A stretch of DNA of 60,729 nt, the filler included, from Jimgerdemannia flammicorona (taxonomy: Eukaryota): NCBI GenBank assembly GCA_003990765.1. It is 2 parts of 2 records of this genome, joined end to end, with 100 filler letters (N's around TTAATTAATTAA, not from the genome) between each part and the next. Parts side by side here need not be neighbours in the genome. Positions count along the whole stretch, not along the records: positions 30,418 to 60,729 come from RBNJ01000449.1; 1 more part is not named here. One strand, 5' to 3'. The notes under the pieces are model-generated. The model ran no database searches. It was not told where the DNA came from and was given only the letters and a program-made list of their open reading frames with translations. The position numbers and the translations under genes are program-made. Of this stretch, positions 40,836 to 53,729 are shown piece after piece (position 1 is the stretch's first letter; every line of letters starts with the position of its first letter).

Positions 40836-42867
40836 GCAAAGCACTGTGGGGTTGCATGAATCGATAAATTTATATGTCGTGAGAAGCCTAGAATGAATTC
40901 AAGGCTCACACCGCAGACAAAACAAGCTTCTAAAATTTTACCTAAGGACTATATCCATAATAGATTTGGTAAAACCTCAAATGATGCAAGTCTGTATCAC
41001 TCTAACTAGTTCTGAACAAGGGAATGATCGAGGGAAATATGCGTTGATATTACAAGCGATTTCTACCGAACTGTCAGGAATGAATTTCCAAACACTCGCC
41101 TGAGGGAGATGTTGACTCGAATCAGCAACTATTTAGATGCACATATCAGAGGCCCTTCGGGTAAGGCAGATCGATACGTCATTTCACTGAAAAAAATGAC
41201 AATCCGCGATAAGTACCATTTCCAGATGTCCTAAAGGAAACAAAAACTTTTCGAAATTGCTTTTTCTATGATTGGCATTGGGCCGCACTTTCATCAATTA
41301 TTTTTACGTGCCTTAAAGCTATAATTAATGCGAACTCTATACTTTATATTGTTGTCACGACCTACCTTACATTGACGTCGTGCCAGGTTTCTTTAAATGC
41401 ACCTCTCCTCCCTATTTGTCTTTTACACGCCCTTGTTTATGAGTTAGCTTACCTGCGGAAGCAACTTCCATTCCCCAAATTGAGCTTTCGAAAAGTTCTA
41501 TAAACTTTTCTTCCAGATCATTTGTACTTACTAAGTTAAAAACCGATTTTTTCATAGAACCAGCTGATGGATTAGCCCATAGAACTCGTCCCTGGCACAG
41601 CATCTAAAACATATCACAGCACAAGTAGCTTGAGAAAAACTCCTCGAGCTCCACTCACCAAACTAGTAACTTAAAATGGAAAAATTCATGCTGCGGGAAC
41701 AGCGCTTGTTTGTTTCACCGCTGTATCAAAAGGCACCAGCTTCGGCCTTAAAATCCTGTGACCCCTCGGAGCCTCTATGCCGTCGCGCCTATTTCGAGTA
41801 GTCTCCATTTCGGTGCAAACTTCCTGAACCAAAGATATCGCTAGGGAAAGGGGCGAAAGTCAAGGCTCTGCGGATTGATGTAGGATATGGAAGTGACCCG
41901 AAGGTATCATCTGGCATGACCTATCAATTTACGTACCCCGATGACCGGTAGGCCTTTTCAGGCTGTCGGATACAAGTTACGCCCTGATTCGTGTTATCAT
42001 CTCCCTTACCTGGATACGCCCTACAATTAAATGTTACAATTTTGTCGGAATTCCATCGGGATAAATCCGATGCCTGCGTTAGGGAAAACCGAATAATCAA
42101 TAAACATGAAGAAGGTTTTTGCGGGACCGACAATGCAGCCTTTGGTCAGTGTTAATTCTATTTTATCGTAGGATATGCGTATAAAGTTGTCGCGTTCATC
42201 AAGGTAGCGAAACCGTAATAATCCCATTCAATCTGCTCAATATCCGTGCTTCGCTTTGCGCGTAAGCACCCGTTTTTATCGCAGACACGTTTATCGCACT
42301 TACATTGCACGCAAACGGGAGATCTGGGGTCCCCGGGTGACAAAAATTCATGGGGGTTAGTTCGGTTGCTGAGTCCAAAATCGTTTCCGCATCGATCACA
42401 TGATCGCAGACACCAGCACAAAGGGTAATCAAATTTCTGTATATAATGTATTTTATGATGCACATACGCGATTTGAGCCTTTTTTTTTTTTTTTTTTTTT
42501 TTTACTATTCTCATCACGCGTCACCCTCCTCTTTTCTCCACATCACACATCTTCCTCCCCTTTACTCCTAAACGTTATTTCGTTTCAGATATCGAGACAG
42601 CGCCCCCTTTTCAAATTTTTAATGGCAACATTACAATGGTATCATTACAACATAGACAGGTGTAGATCCTTCAATCATTAATTCCTTTAAGTCAGACGCC
42701 CAAACGTCGTCCCCCAGGTTAGAACACGCTCTCAAAGCCGCGTCAACAACCGCGACAAAACTACACGACCATAAGCACGCGTTTATCACGGTAAAACGCC
42801 GCAAGTATTCCACTGAGTCAACTCGGACTCGTAAAACTTACACCCGAAAACCGCGTGCCTGCTAAAA

Positions 42868-43080
42868 ATGCGTCGTCATCGCACCAACCCGCAAGAACTC
42901 GCCATCCTTGAGGCCGCCTTTAACAAAAACCGCCTGCCGGACTGGAGAGCAAAAGAATACCTCGCAAATAAACTGGAAACAACCTCGCGAGTCGAGCAAG
43001 TGTGGTTTCAAAACCGGAGGCAAAATTCGCGGAGAAGACGCAATGAACTGAGTGGTGGCATCTTCTCTAGATTTCGATAA
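42868..43080 (+). CDS. Homeodomain-only ORF (70 aa), Yox1/HD2-like; may be the remnant of a longer gene
   Basis: MRRHRTNPQELAILEAAFNKNRLPDWRAKEYLANKLETTSRVEQVWFQNRRQNSRRRR is a complete homeodomain with WFQNRR. The upstream region homologous to 40492-40620 is frameshifted. Confidence 0.7.
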   Translation: MRRHRTNPQELAILEAAFNKNRLPDWRAKEYLANKLETTSRVEQVWFQNRRQNSRRRRNELSGGIFSRFR

Positions 43081-43414
43081 CAAGGCCATTGTCGTTTGTG
43101 TGACGGTATGTTGGACATGCGCTATGCGGAGTGAAAACCACATGTACAACCGAGTGCACCGGCGACTATGAGGGCGCCGTGGCTGTAAAGGCAACCAAAT
43201 TAGAAAAAGCCAAGGAGAGCCGGGAAATTTCCTGACCATGCGGCTGAGCCGGTCTCAGGGACAATGGTGACTGCGACATACATTTCGAAAATCGAGGCAG
43301 ACGCTAAAAACCCCTCAGAATTTCCTTTACCGCAAAGGTCTGGCATCGCGGGCGCTCCACCTTCTGTAACTGCCGATTGCTCAAATTGCCAACTGACACG
43401 CCTAGCAAGTAGGA

Positions 43415-43640
43415 TCAAATTCTGCGATTTCGCGTTGACCCAATGGAATATTTGTGCGGCGTTTTGACGGCGTCAAACAAGTGTTTATGATCGTGTCTTT
43501 TGTGGCGTTTGTCGACGAGGATTTGAGAGCACGGTTTGACCTGGAGGATGAAGGTTTCGCTTCTGACTTTGAGGAACATTTGAGTGGGGGATCTACGCCT
43601 GGCTTGAATCCGACGGATGGTGTTTGAAAGAGGGAGGAGG
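43415..43640 (-). repeat. Module copy 4 (partial, inverted)
   Basis: Minus-strand translation QVKPCSQILVDKRHKRHDHKHLFDAVKTPHKYS matches copy 2 (QVRACSQCRDNKRGKRHIYKSTFEAV) and copy 3 (HDHKHAFITVKRRKYS). TCAAGCCAGGCGTA and CCTCAAAGTCAGA are shared with copy 1. Confidence 0.75.
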
Positions 43641-46600
43641 TCTTGGTGTCTTAGAATTGCTAACAAATAATGTTTAGGAGGAAAGGGGAGGAGTATGCGT
43701 GATGTAGAGAGGAATGTTAAAGAGCAAAGTGGGGGAGGACGCGTAATGAGGAGTGTAAAAAAACAAATAGGGTCAAAATGCGAGGCGATCCGACCAAAAA
43801 CCATTGTGAATCACAAAAATTGGGCCTGTGGAATTGACTAGCTTCTGGTTGGCATAATGCACGTGTTTTGTGATTTACGCGTCCTAATCTAGATTGTGGA
43901 GAAGGTCCTTCTTGCAAGTCGAACGGTTCTATGCGCATCCTCAAAACCCTTCCATAGCCTTACGCGTCGACCATTACGTAGTTTGTAGTATTGGTCAGAT
44001 AGGTCTCGGTCAATCTTTCCGAGTTGTGTGTCATGATGGTCATTCCTTTACAATAATATGAAGAGTCAAAAAATGAGCTTGACAGCCTCTTTATCAGGCA
44101 CACCATAGGTAAGTTGCAAATTGAGAAAGACTGTTGGACAGCGGGCCTTCGAAAATTTCGAAATGTCCGGTAATCCCACGCCATATTGCTTCCATTTGTT
44201 GTATCTCCCAAAATTATAACAGGTTGGGCCCGCTTGGGACCACAGGTCAATGTAAAATTGGGCGTAGGTTTCCTTTTATGGTATTAGCGCACTATTTCTA
44301 CATGTAATCTATCATTCCAACCCAATATTCTGCATGCGCCTTACACTTACACTCTACATTCGTATGCATTTTTCATTACAAACTCAACATAATCATTATT
44401 CCATTTGTAATATCAGTGAGATTACTGGTCAATGGATATGCAACGGGCGGTGCCGGATTAGGATTGGGTGGCGGTTACTTGCAGTTGCTCATTGGTATGC
44501 TGGTTTTAGATGCTGCGCCACCTGACTTAGCATAGGACTTGATGATATAGCATAGAGTGATCTGGACATTCTCCTTTGATGCTTATTTTGGTTTGACCAC
44601 TTGAACCTCCACCCTTTGTATTCACTTTATTCACCTCAATTTACCACTTACTGAATTGCTTTTACTAATGCCCTACTCTGCTAATACCTGCATTTTATAC
44701 CAATTCAACCCCTTATCTGAAGGCCAAAATGAAATCAGTTCACCAACTTGTCCTCACTGTGGGGACATTCTTTTTGTTGTGCAGATACTTCTGTTTCTTC
44801 AAGATAGTTCTACCAACAATGATATCAATACAGCTACTATGGCTTTCTTTCTTGCAGATCTTCAAGCCCCAGATGTCAATTTACAAGATGATGCTGGGGG
44901 CCCAGCTATCTGCTGTGCCACCTGTATCTCTACTCATGTCTCTTCCAAGCACCCAGTCTTGGGCACCATTCTGGATGATAGTATGGACAGATTTGCTATA
45001 TAACACCACTGCCTTGATATTCTCTTCAACCTTTTACAGTCTGCCTCACAGCTGCTTCCCACCATCCCTATATTCAGCTCTATTGATTATATCTCCAACT
45101 TCTTAATATTCATCCTACTGTCATGACTCTCTACTGCCAATCATGCCTTTCTTGATCATACTACTACATCTCTTTCCACTACTCTTAGATCTATTCCCTT
45201 ATCAGTAGTATTACCCAAAAGTATTAATATTGTTTTTGGTAAGTTCCCTTCCTTTTCTCTACTGGCCACCATTATATGTGGAATCAATCTTTTCTTAAAA
45301 TATAGGTACATACATCAATAAGTATCAGCTAGCCATAGTGGTTGATAAATCATTTCTTATAATTTTGCTTAGCCAGTTACTGGAACAATACTTAGCTTCT
45401 GAAGTTCTACTATATGAGACCCAATTTATCAAATCATTTAATGACTCTTGTATCTGTATTATTACTAAGTAGGTTATATCTTTATCAAAGAATCTCCTGG
45501 ATATTCCTTTATTTATCTCCAGCTTACTGACATATTTTGGTATTATCCATAATACTCATCCAGAGTTAATAGAGCCCACTTCATTTCTGACTTAACTTAT
45601 CAATTTTATTTCCCTGGCCTCAACATCACACAGGCTCTTCTCAATTACTATATTACTTTTCACATCAAATATATTGCCAAAGTTACAAATGATAAAATTT
45701 CAGTTAAATGATATATGTTTTAGACTTGATATAATTCTGACCTATTTATGTCTCTGAGCCTTTTTCAGAAGCTAAAGGTCCTGTTTACTTCTGCCACTTC
45801 ATTTTTAAAGAGCTTGTTCTGCCTCTACAATATATCTCACTCATCTCATCTAAACTATACTAACTCTTCTATCTACTGTAATTATATAACATACTTTCTA
45901 ATGGCTCTCTGATGTATAATCTGAACTACTGCCATTATAGCTGTCTATATACCTATATCTGCTTTAAGTGCAGCTTGGGCCACCCTTTGTATAACTGTCC
46001 AAACAACTCTGCTAAGTACTCTTAGGATTTTGTCTTGACAACATTTCATGGTATATCATTTTCCTTTCTATATCTCCTCTCATACTAAATATCTCTTTTT
46101 GCTGCTCTTTGTCTATACCTCTCAATACTGTCACTTATATTATTCAAGCCAGATTCCCCACTCTCTCCCCAGCCCTTCAGTTGACTGTCTGGTTATACAG
46201 CTGGACCTTGGTAATTTAGATAGGGCTGGCTTGATATTGGCTCTTTGTTTTTGAGAAAGGGTGGTAGTTAAGCCTTATAGAGAGGTTGTTAAGATAGAAT
46301 GGATTGATGGAGGATCTCATGACTGACTGGTGGATGGACTGGGGGTCTCAGGGTAGCCACCATAGATAGCTTATCAATAGGGTCTGCTAGCAAAGTAGGG
46401 GGTCAGGAGGTGATTGTAGGCCAAGTAGTGTTTAAATAAGTAGGAGTTAGTGGAGTTCCTCTTAGGGAGATTGGGTAGTGGGCAGAGTTGGATATTTTGT
46501 AATGTTGTATTTCTCTACATAAAATGCTTAATAATAAAGGAGTCCAAGTAACTATTAAAAATATATATATATATATATATCTTAGTCATCACTTGGTTGA

Positions 46601-47453
46601 TTGGACTACTACTCTGAATGGTTATTTATGGATAGATACCATTAATAAATATGGCCTGGGGATATATTTTAATGGGGCATGGTTTTTATCTTCTTAGTAT
46701 CTATCTATTCAATCTTTGGATATTTAGTTTAAAGAACTATTTACTATTAATTTGGCCATAGCTACCTGGGGTCAATCTTAATCATTCTAATATATTCTAC
46801 TCTATACTAATAACCAAGCTATCTCTATATTATAAACACTGGCAACACTACTAACCCAGCTCTTCTTGAACTTCTTCATTAACTTTCACCTATTAATAAC
46901 ATATTATATATTCTAACTTCATGCTATTTTTGTCTCTTTTAAGATAATGGCATAGCTGATACTCTCTCATGTGCTGGCCTCATTTGTTTCTGCTCTCTCA
47001 CCCCTCTCACACAGTCTCATCCAATGCTAATTAGATCTATAGCCATACCCCACTTCCACCTCTTGTGGCTTTCTTCTTTAGTTCAATCTAGTAAGATCTC
47101 TATATTGAATATACTCCTCTAACCTATGGAATTTTTTCTACTTCTGCATCCTCCACACTCCTACTGACCAACCTGCTCTCTCTATATCTGATCTGGTGCT
47201 AATGTGATTAGTTGATTCATTAGCCCTCTATTCCTATCATCAAGAAGAATCTTTCTATCAGTCTCTAAACATTGACTCTGGTCTGCCAGACTTTTTACCA
47301 GGTCCCCAGCAACTTCTGAGGGATTTATATGATATCAAATAATGGTTAGGTACTCAGCCTATTCATCCTTGACTTCCTCTAGCATCCTCTTGTCTTTGAT
47401 GACTACTTCTATATCTCTGGTTAAGTAGTGATACTTCTGATCTTATATTTATC

Positions 47454-50400
47454 TTTTTTTATTTTTTTATTTTTTTTTATAGTTACTTAAACTCCATCCT
47501 TTATTAATATACCTATCTAACCCATATATAATACACTGAGCCCACCCCTAACTGATCCCCCTAGGGGGACTCCCCCCCTCCCACAACTACTCAATTAAAG
47601 ACCAGGTTATTAACTATCTCCACCCACCCCTCACTTTGTTTATAGATCCCTTCTACTAGTTGGCACTGATGCCCACCCCATCCAACCCACCACCTAGTCA
47701 ACATATCTCCCAACAACCCTTTCCATCTTAGTAATCTTTCCTGTAATCCTATCTGTTGCCTCTCTTCAAAAACAAAGAGCCAATGTCCAGCCAGCCCTAC
47801 CCATACAGCTAAAACCCACTCTACAGTAAGCCATTCATTACCCACCCCCCCCATCAACCTGGTCCTCAAATTCTCCCAATGATCTCACTCTCCATCAGGC
47901 CTCCTCTTCATCCCCAGCCAGTCTCCTACTACTATCCAAAAGTCCCCCAGAACCTCACACTCTCCCAGCCAATGTTCTGGTATCTGTACAAACCCCCAAC
48001 CTATCCTACATTATAACACTCCTCACATTCTAGAAATCCTCCATCCATCAGATGTTCAGCACGAAAATTCAACATAATATTCCTCTGCAGCATCTACCAC
48101 CAAACCACCCAATATTTGGAAGAAAGCCACTTCTTTATCTCAGCACTCTATGACCAAATGTCTGCCCAATCCCACTTCTCTCCAATCCTTGCCACTTGTC
48201 AACTGCTAGGCCAGAGGTCCTGACCAAGTTCCCTCTGACACTCCACTCCCTCACCAATATCAAACTCCAGAAGTAGAGTGCCCCCCAACAGCAGTCTGTC
48301 CCATCTCTACATCACCAGTTCCCATAGCATCTCTCTTTCATTGCTATGCCAGCATAAGCCTATACAGTGTGCTCTATCTACCACCTCTCACCAAAAGTCT
48401 TTATATCATAGCTGATGACTTCTACCCAAACCTACCATAGATAGAAGGTCTCCTGAGGTCCCCCTCAGGGAGAATCTCATTTCTCACACCTTCTGCATTA
48501 GCAGCACCCATCTCCCCCCCCTGTAGTTCAGCAGCCCTCCTTAACCACCAAGCTCTCAGACAGTACAGCCTCTTAGGGAAATCCACCAACCCTAGTCCCC
48601 CATGGATCACTGGTTTAGAGAGCATATCCCAACTGATCTGGAACTGCCTCCTAGCCCAAATCCAATCCCTAGCCAGTTTCATCAGTCTCTTCACCACTCA
48701 AGCTGGAAAGTCCAAGCGATAAATAATATACCATAGCTTGAGGAATCAGTAGACATTCAGAATTGATATCTGGCCTGCTAGGGAGATATGGCAACCACCC
48801 CAACCTCAAAGAGCCTCCCCCCAGATATCCACCCTCCTCTCCCACCACACCCAGGGCAGGACAGAGCTATACACTGAAAGAAAGATGCCCAGATACCTCA
48901 CTGCCTCTCCTACAGGGACAATTGTTCCATTGATATCTCCTCCAACTAGCCCATTGCCTAACACCATTGTCTCACACTTATGCCAGTTGAGTTTTGCTCC
49001 AGAATGTATCTCATACCATTCTACCATCTCCTTGAGTGCCTCAACATCCACCACTGATCTAAGTCCAACCACTATGTTATCTGCAATACCCCCACCTTCC
49101 ACACTACACCATAGAGAGAGAGCCCTGCCACCTTCCATCCAATCCTATCCATTAAAGGCTCTAAGGAAAGGGTATACAAAATAGGAGACAGTGGATCCCC
49201 CTGAGGAACTCCTCTCACCAAGGGAAATACCAGACCTCAGTAGCAATTATACATCAGTACTGCCCTACTGCCCTCCAACAGACTCAATATAGAGGCTTGA
49301 AAGATTGGGGGGACTCCAATTCTATCCAGCATTTTGCCTAGCCATACCTACTAAATGTGGTCATAGGTCTTCTCCTGGTCCAAAAAGACCAGTCTTCCAT
49401 CCAATCCACTAGCCTGTGCTCCTTCAATGATGCCATGGATCCAAGCTGTCTTATATCTCTGATAAGTCTGCTACCAACAAAGCCCCACTGCTTTCTCCCC
49501 AGCACCTGTTAGGCAACCTTCTGTATTTGCACTACAACCACCTTAGTAATCGTCTTCCTGTCTATATCCAGAAGTATGATCAGTCTCCAGTTATTCCAGT
49601 CCTCTCTCCTCCCCTTGTCCTTGTACAACAGGGCCACCAGCCCCAGTTCTTACCCTCCAACCCACTGACCATTCAGATGAACATAGTCACAGAGGGCTGC
49701 CATCTCCCCTAGTACTCCTGGGATCCACACTATCTTCTTCCAAAAGTCCCAAGATAGACCATCCTCTTCTGGTGCCATTCTAAGCTTAGTGGCCACCAGA
49801 ACTCTCTGGATCTCCTCCTCTTAGACTGATAGGAGCAAATCCTCCAGGCCCTCCACTTGTGGCAGCTCCCAAACCTCTAAAGTGTCTTCAATTGTCTGAG
49901 CATCAGTATCTTCTTCCTCTTCACTCCATAGCCCTCTCCACTGCTTCTTCAACAGCCCCAAAATCTGTTGTGTACTATGTACCATTTCCCCCTCAGTGTC
50001 CAGAATACCATCTCATCAATGTCATACTCTACTTGTCTGGAGGAGCCTTGACAAGTACCATGTAGGCCTCTCACCCTCCTCAAGCCCTTGCTATCTCAGC
50101 TGAGCTGCCATTTTCTTCAAATGCGACTCTTTCTCCTCTCTCAACACCTGTTACATCTCCACTACTTCCAACTTAGCTCTCCCTAGCCTCCAATCATCCT
50201 CCTCTCCAGAGTTTAACAATGCAGCTCATCCATCTGCAATCTAACCAATCATATAGAAGCACACCTCACTCTTCTCCTTTGCTGTCTCCCAGCATCCCTT
50301 CCAACTCCTCCCCAGTAATCCCTCATAGCCTCTTTCAACTTCATCTACCTAATATCTACTGGCAAGCCCTCACATATCCAGCTGATGAGCCTCACCTGAA

Positions 50401-53115
50401 TGTCCTCCACTCAAGGGTCCTATAACCAATTCTCATCCAACAGGGAGGAGTTAGGGTACCAATGTCCAGGTTCATCTCTACTCCCCCCAAACTGCCCCTC
50501 CCATGTCTCTAGGCCACCACTCCTCCCACTGGCACTCCTCTCACCATCAGTTCTATCCAACTGTAGATTCTGCACTATATTAAAGTCATCTTCCAAAACA
50601 TTAACCCCATCCTCCAATAGAGCACCCTCCTCCAAAAGTCCCTTAATCTATGCAATATACTCTCTCCTATCTGTAGGGCAGTAGTAAGAGCCAACTCTCA
50701 CTGGCTCCCACCCTGGTTGACACCATTCTCCCCATACCAAATGGTCTCCCCAGCTCCTGATTCCACCTAGGTCCCCTTTATCACTCTGCACCAAAATTGC
50801 CACTTTGATAATCCAAACCATAGCTTCACTTCATTCTCTAGTTCCCTCCACTTAATTTACTTCATTCTCACACCATACATCCTGCAGCAGAAATAGATCA
50901 GCCTTCAATCTCTTGAGCTAAGCGAAAATGTTCTTATGCTGTCTAGATCCCCATAGTCCATTCACATTCAGAGAGAAAATATTAGTTATACTGTTCATTG
51001 AAAGTAATGTTTAGAAAAGGTCATGCTCATCCTCTACAAATCTACATTCATCTTCTTCTGAGCTACATCCAGATTATGTTCAACTGCCAATTTCTCCTCT
51101 TCAGCCCTCTTGGTCTCCAATCCAGCCAGAAGTTCAGCCATCTCTCTATCCTCTTTTTCCTTGAAGTCCTCATGATACTCCAGGCAGGCCTCCTGCTAGA
51201 GTTGCAAACCATGATGCTCTGCCCAACAGTAGGTGGCCCTCTTACCAGCAACAACCACAAGTTCAACCTCTCTCTCCTTATTGACCTCATACCCCTCCTC
51301 CTTCAGAAAGATTACCAGCACCTCTACCTTCAGTGCCTCTACTACCCCATCACTATGCAGAACCTGCACCCAGGACTCCTCACTCATCACTCTTAAGTCC
51401 ACTTCTCCCAATTCTTCAGCTGCAAAGTTATTCATCCACAGTAAGTTACCCACCTCCTTTCCTCCTGGCAATGCTGGCCTTCCTGTACTCAACATTATGG
51501 TATCTGCCACTGCACTTGCAGTCTCATCCCACTCTGCCTCCAGGACATCCACCAGCTCATCCTTGCCAACTGCCACCACCTGTCCCCCTTTTGCTATATC
51601 AGGGATGCCAAAGTATACTCACTGGGTACCCTGCATCATCATATCCTCTACCACTATGTTCTTCACAGCTGAGCCCCTTTTAACTAATAGTGGAGTGTTA
51701 TCCAAAACCTGCTCCCAGACTTCAAACATACCATTTGCATAAGGGTCTCTGTGTGGCATCTTCCTGACCCCCTCCTGACTCTTCTCTATCTCCCCTCCTC
51801 CCATACCTCACTATGATGCCCTCAGACTCTTCAGTGCCACCAGTATTCCTCTTTGCCCCTCCTTTCATACTTGCCAACAACTCCCTCTGCCTTTTGTACT
51901 CTTGAGCCCACTCCCATTGTCTCTTGTCAGTGCAGATATGCTTCCCCTCTACAATCTCCAAATATATCAACTATATATACATCTTCCAGGCCTTTGCTCT
52001 CTGCTCCACTGTTCTACTCATCTCCTCCAGAGCCTCCAACAGGTCCTCCTCCTCCTCCTCACTCCCTTTCACCCTCAATACCTTACAATTGAAGGCCTCC
52101 CACAGCAACACTAAAGGCCAGTCACTCATCTTCTCTGTGGCCTCTCTCCCAGCCAGTCGAATCCTGACATCAATATTATCAGTCCTGAAAATTGTCCCCT
52201 CCCATATCTGGAACCCTATATCTACCATATCCCCATACTCCACCATCACCTCCTCCACTCTCCTCCTAGTCTTCTCCTTTATCATTGTGGGCACCCCTTT
52301 TACTAGCAACTGAACCACTCTGGGGTCCCACCTCAAATACCACACCATAGGGACCACCACCTCACCTACTGCTACTCTAGTCTTCAGCACCTCCTCCAGT
52401 GGGCCTGCCTCCTCAAAACCCACTTCAACCCCCTCCAGCCCCTTCAGGAACTTTACTGAGGCTGCACCAGCCACTTACTTCAAGATAATCCCCAGGACCA
52501 TCCTTGCTGTAACTGCTAAGTCCTAGAAATACAAGGTGACTATGAACTCCAAAATAAACTTCTTGAGTAACAGTACCACTACCAGCCCTGTCACTCTATT
52601 GGTCAGGTCTCTCTTCCTTTTTGGTCCCTTCAGCCCAGCTCTCCTATCAGCAGTCACATCTGGATTTTTTTTCAGATTCCCAGTCATACTACTATCAGCA
52701 GTCCCCCCCTACCCCCAGCTGCTACTACTCCAACCCTTCTACCTACCAGCCTAGGAGCTGAACCTCCTGCTTCCCCTTCCCTCTACTTTTCTTTCTCCTC
52801 TGCCTGACCTCTCTGAGATCCAGTAGGCCATCCTCCACTCTTCAGCATCTCAGCAAAGCTCCTCTCCCTCTGCCCTCCTACCACTTCTCCAGTGCTGCTA
52901 CCACTACTAGTGCCACCCTGCCCACTTGGACCACTAAATAACCCTATCTCTATTCCATACCCTTATCCAATATGAAGGCTCCAGGTCCACCTGACCTAGT
53001 ATACATATTGGCTTGCTCATTGGTTGTCATATCCTTAGAACCTTTCTCATTAAATGACTTGAAAGAATGTAGTTAAAGTGTATGTAATGTGAATGGTAAC
53101 TGAGAAAGATATCTG
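47454..53115 (-). mobile_element. Near-full-length degenerate L1/Tx1-like LINE (ORF1 plus APE-RT-zf ORF2) with poly(A) tail and 15-bp TSD
   Basis: ORF2 starts at 50998 (MNSITNIFSLNVNGL); DDFNIV...DRTDG (endonuclease), QGDPLSP and IADNIVVGL (RT), GGLGLVD. T-rich tail at 47454-47480. TSD GATCTTATATTTA(T/C)C at 47439-47453 and 53116-53130. Confidence 0.9.
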
Positions 53116-53129
53116 GATCTTATATTTAC

Positions 53130-53630
53130 CACTACATTCACTCTTGCATATTTTGATTTCCTCAGGTTAAGCAAGATCACATGGAACCATCTCTTTGACT
53201 CTATCAAACATATCTCTTAGGGCTATATTACCTTCTATCTCTTAATCTCTAATCTCTCTTATCATTCTGATACTCTCTTTCTCCAAAACTAACCTTTTTC
53301 ACCACAGTATCCCTATCTACATTCCCTGGGCTCCCCCAGACTTGCTCTGTACTATTTCCCTCCTCTAATACCTTTATCTCTCTTTTCTGACAGCCAATAA
53401 TATACATTTATTTTCATTACTCAGTTAGCATATATTGTCTTGCTAGTGGCTAATTGACCATTTACTTTCTCTTTTATCCTATATTGGTCTTAACCCCTGT
53501 TTATATGCTGGATATAGTTTTCTGATCAGCACTACCTTAGATACTATAGCAGTCAGGCTATTAGACTATGAGATTCAGATTTTGGATCATTGCATAAGTA
53601 ATGTGTTTCACTTTTATATTTATATACCTA
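53130..53630 (+). pseudogene. Tyrosine recombinase C-terminal remnant of the Ngaro element
   Basis: Reads YAGYSFLISTTLDTIAVRLLDYEIQILDHCISNVFHFYI, which resembles the DIRS/Ngaro YR box GHSFRIGAAS...G.SDYEIQILGRW.SDAF.LYI after mostly C>T and G>A changes. Confidence 0.75.
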
Positions 53631-53729
53631 TCTCATATTTGCTTTCTCTCTACTCCTCCACTATCTCCATCCTTCTCTCTTCTATACTATATATGTATCT
53701 CTTTCTTAGACTAATCACTCATTACCTTC

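Noticed and set aside
38965..43080. Definitive HD1/HD2 mating-type locus call
   Set aside because: Only WFQN-type homeoboxes in one orientation are seen, with no HD1/TALE or HMG partner and no known MAT-flanking genes. Kept only as a hypothesis.
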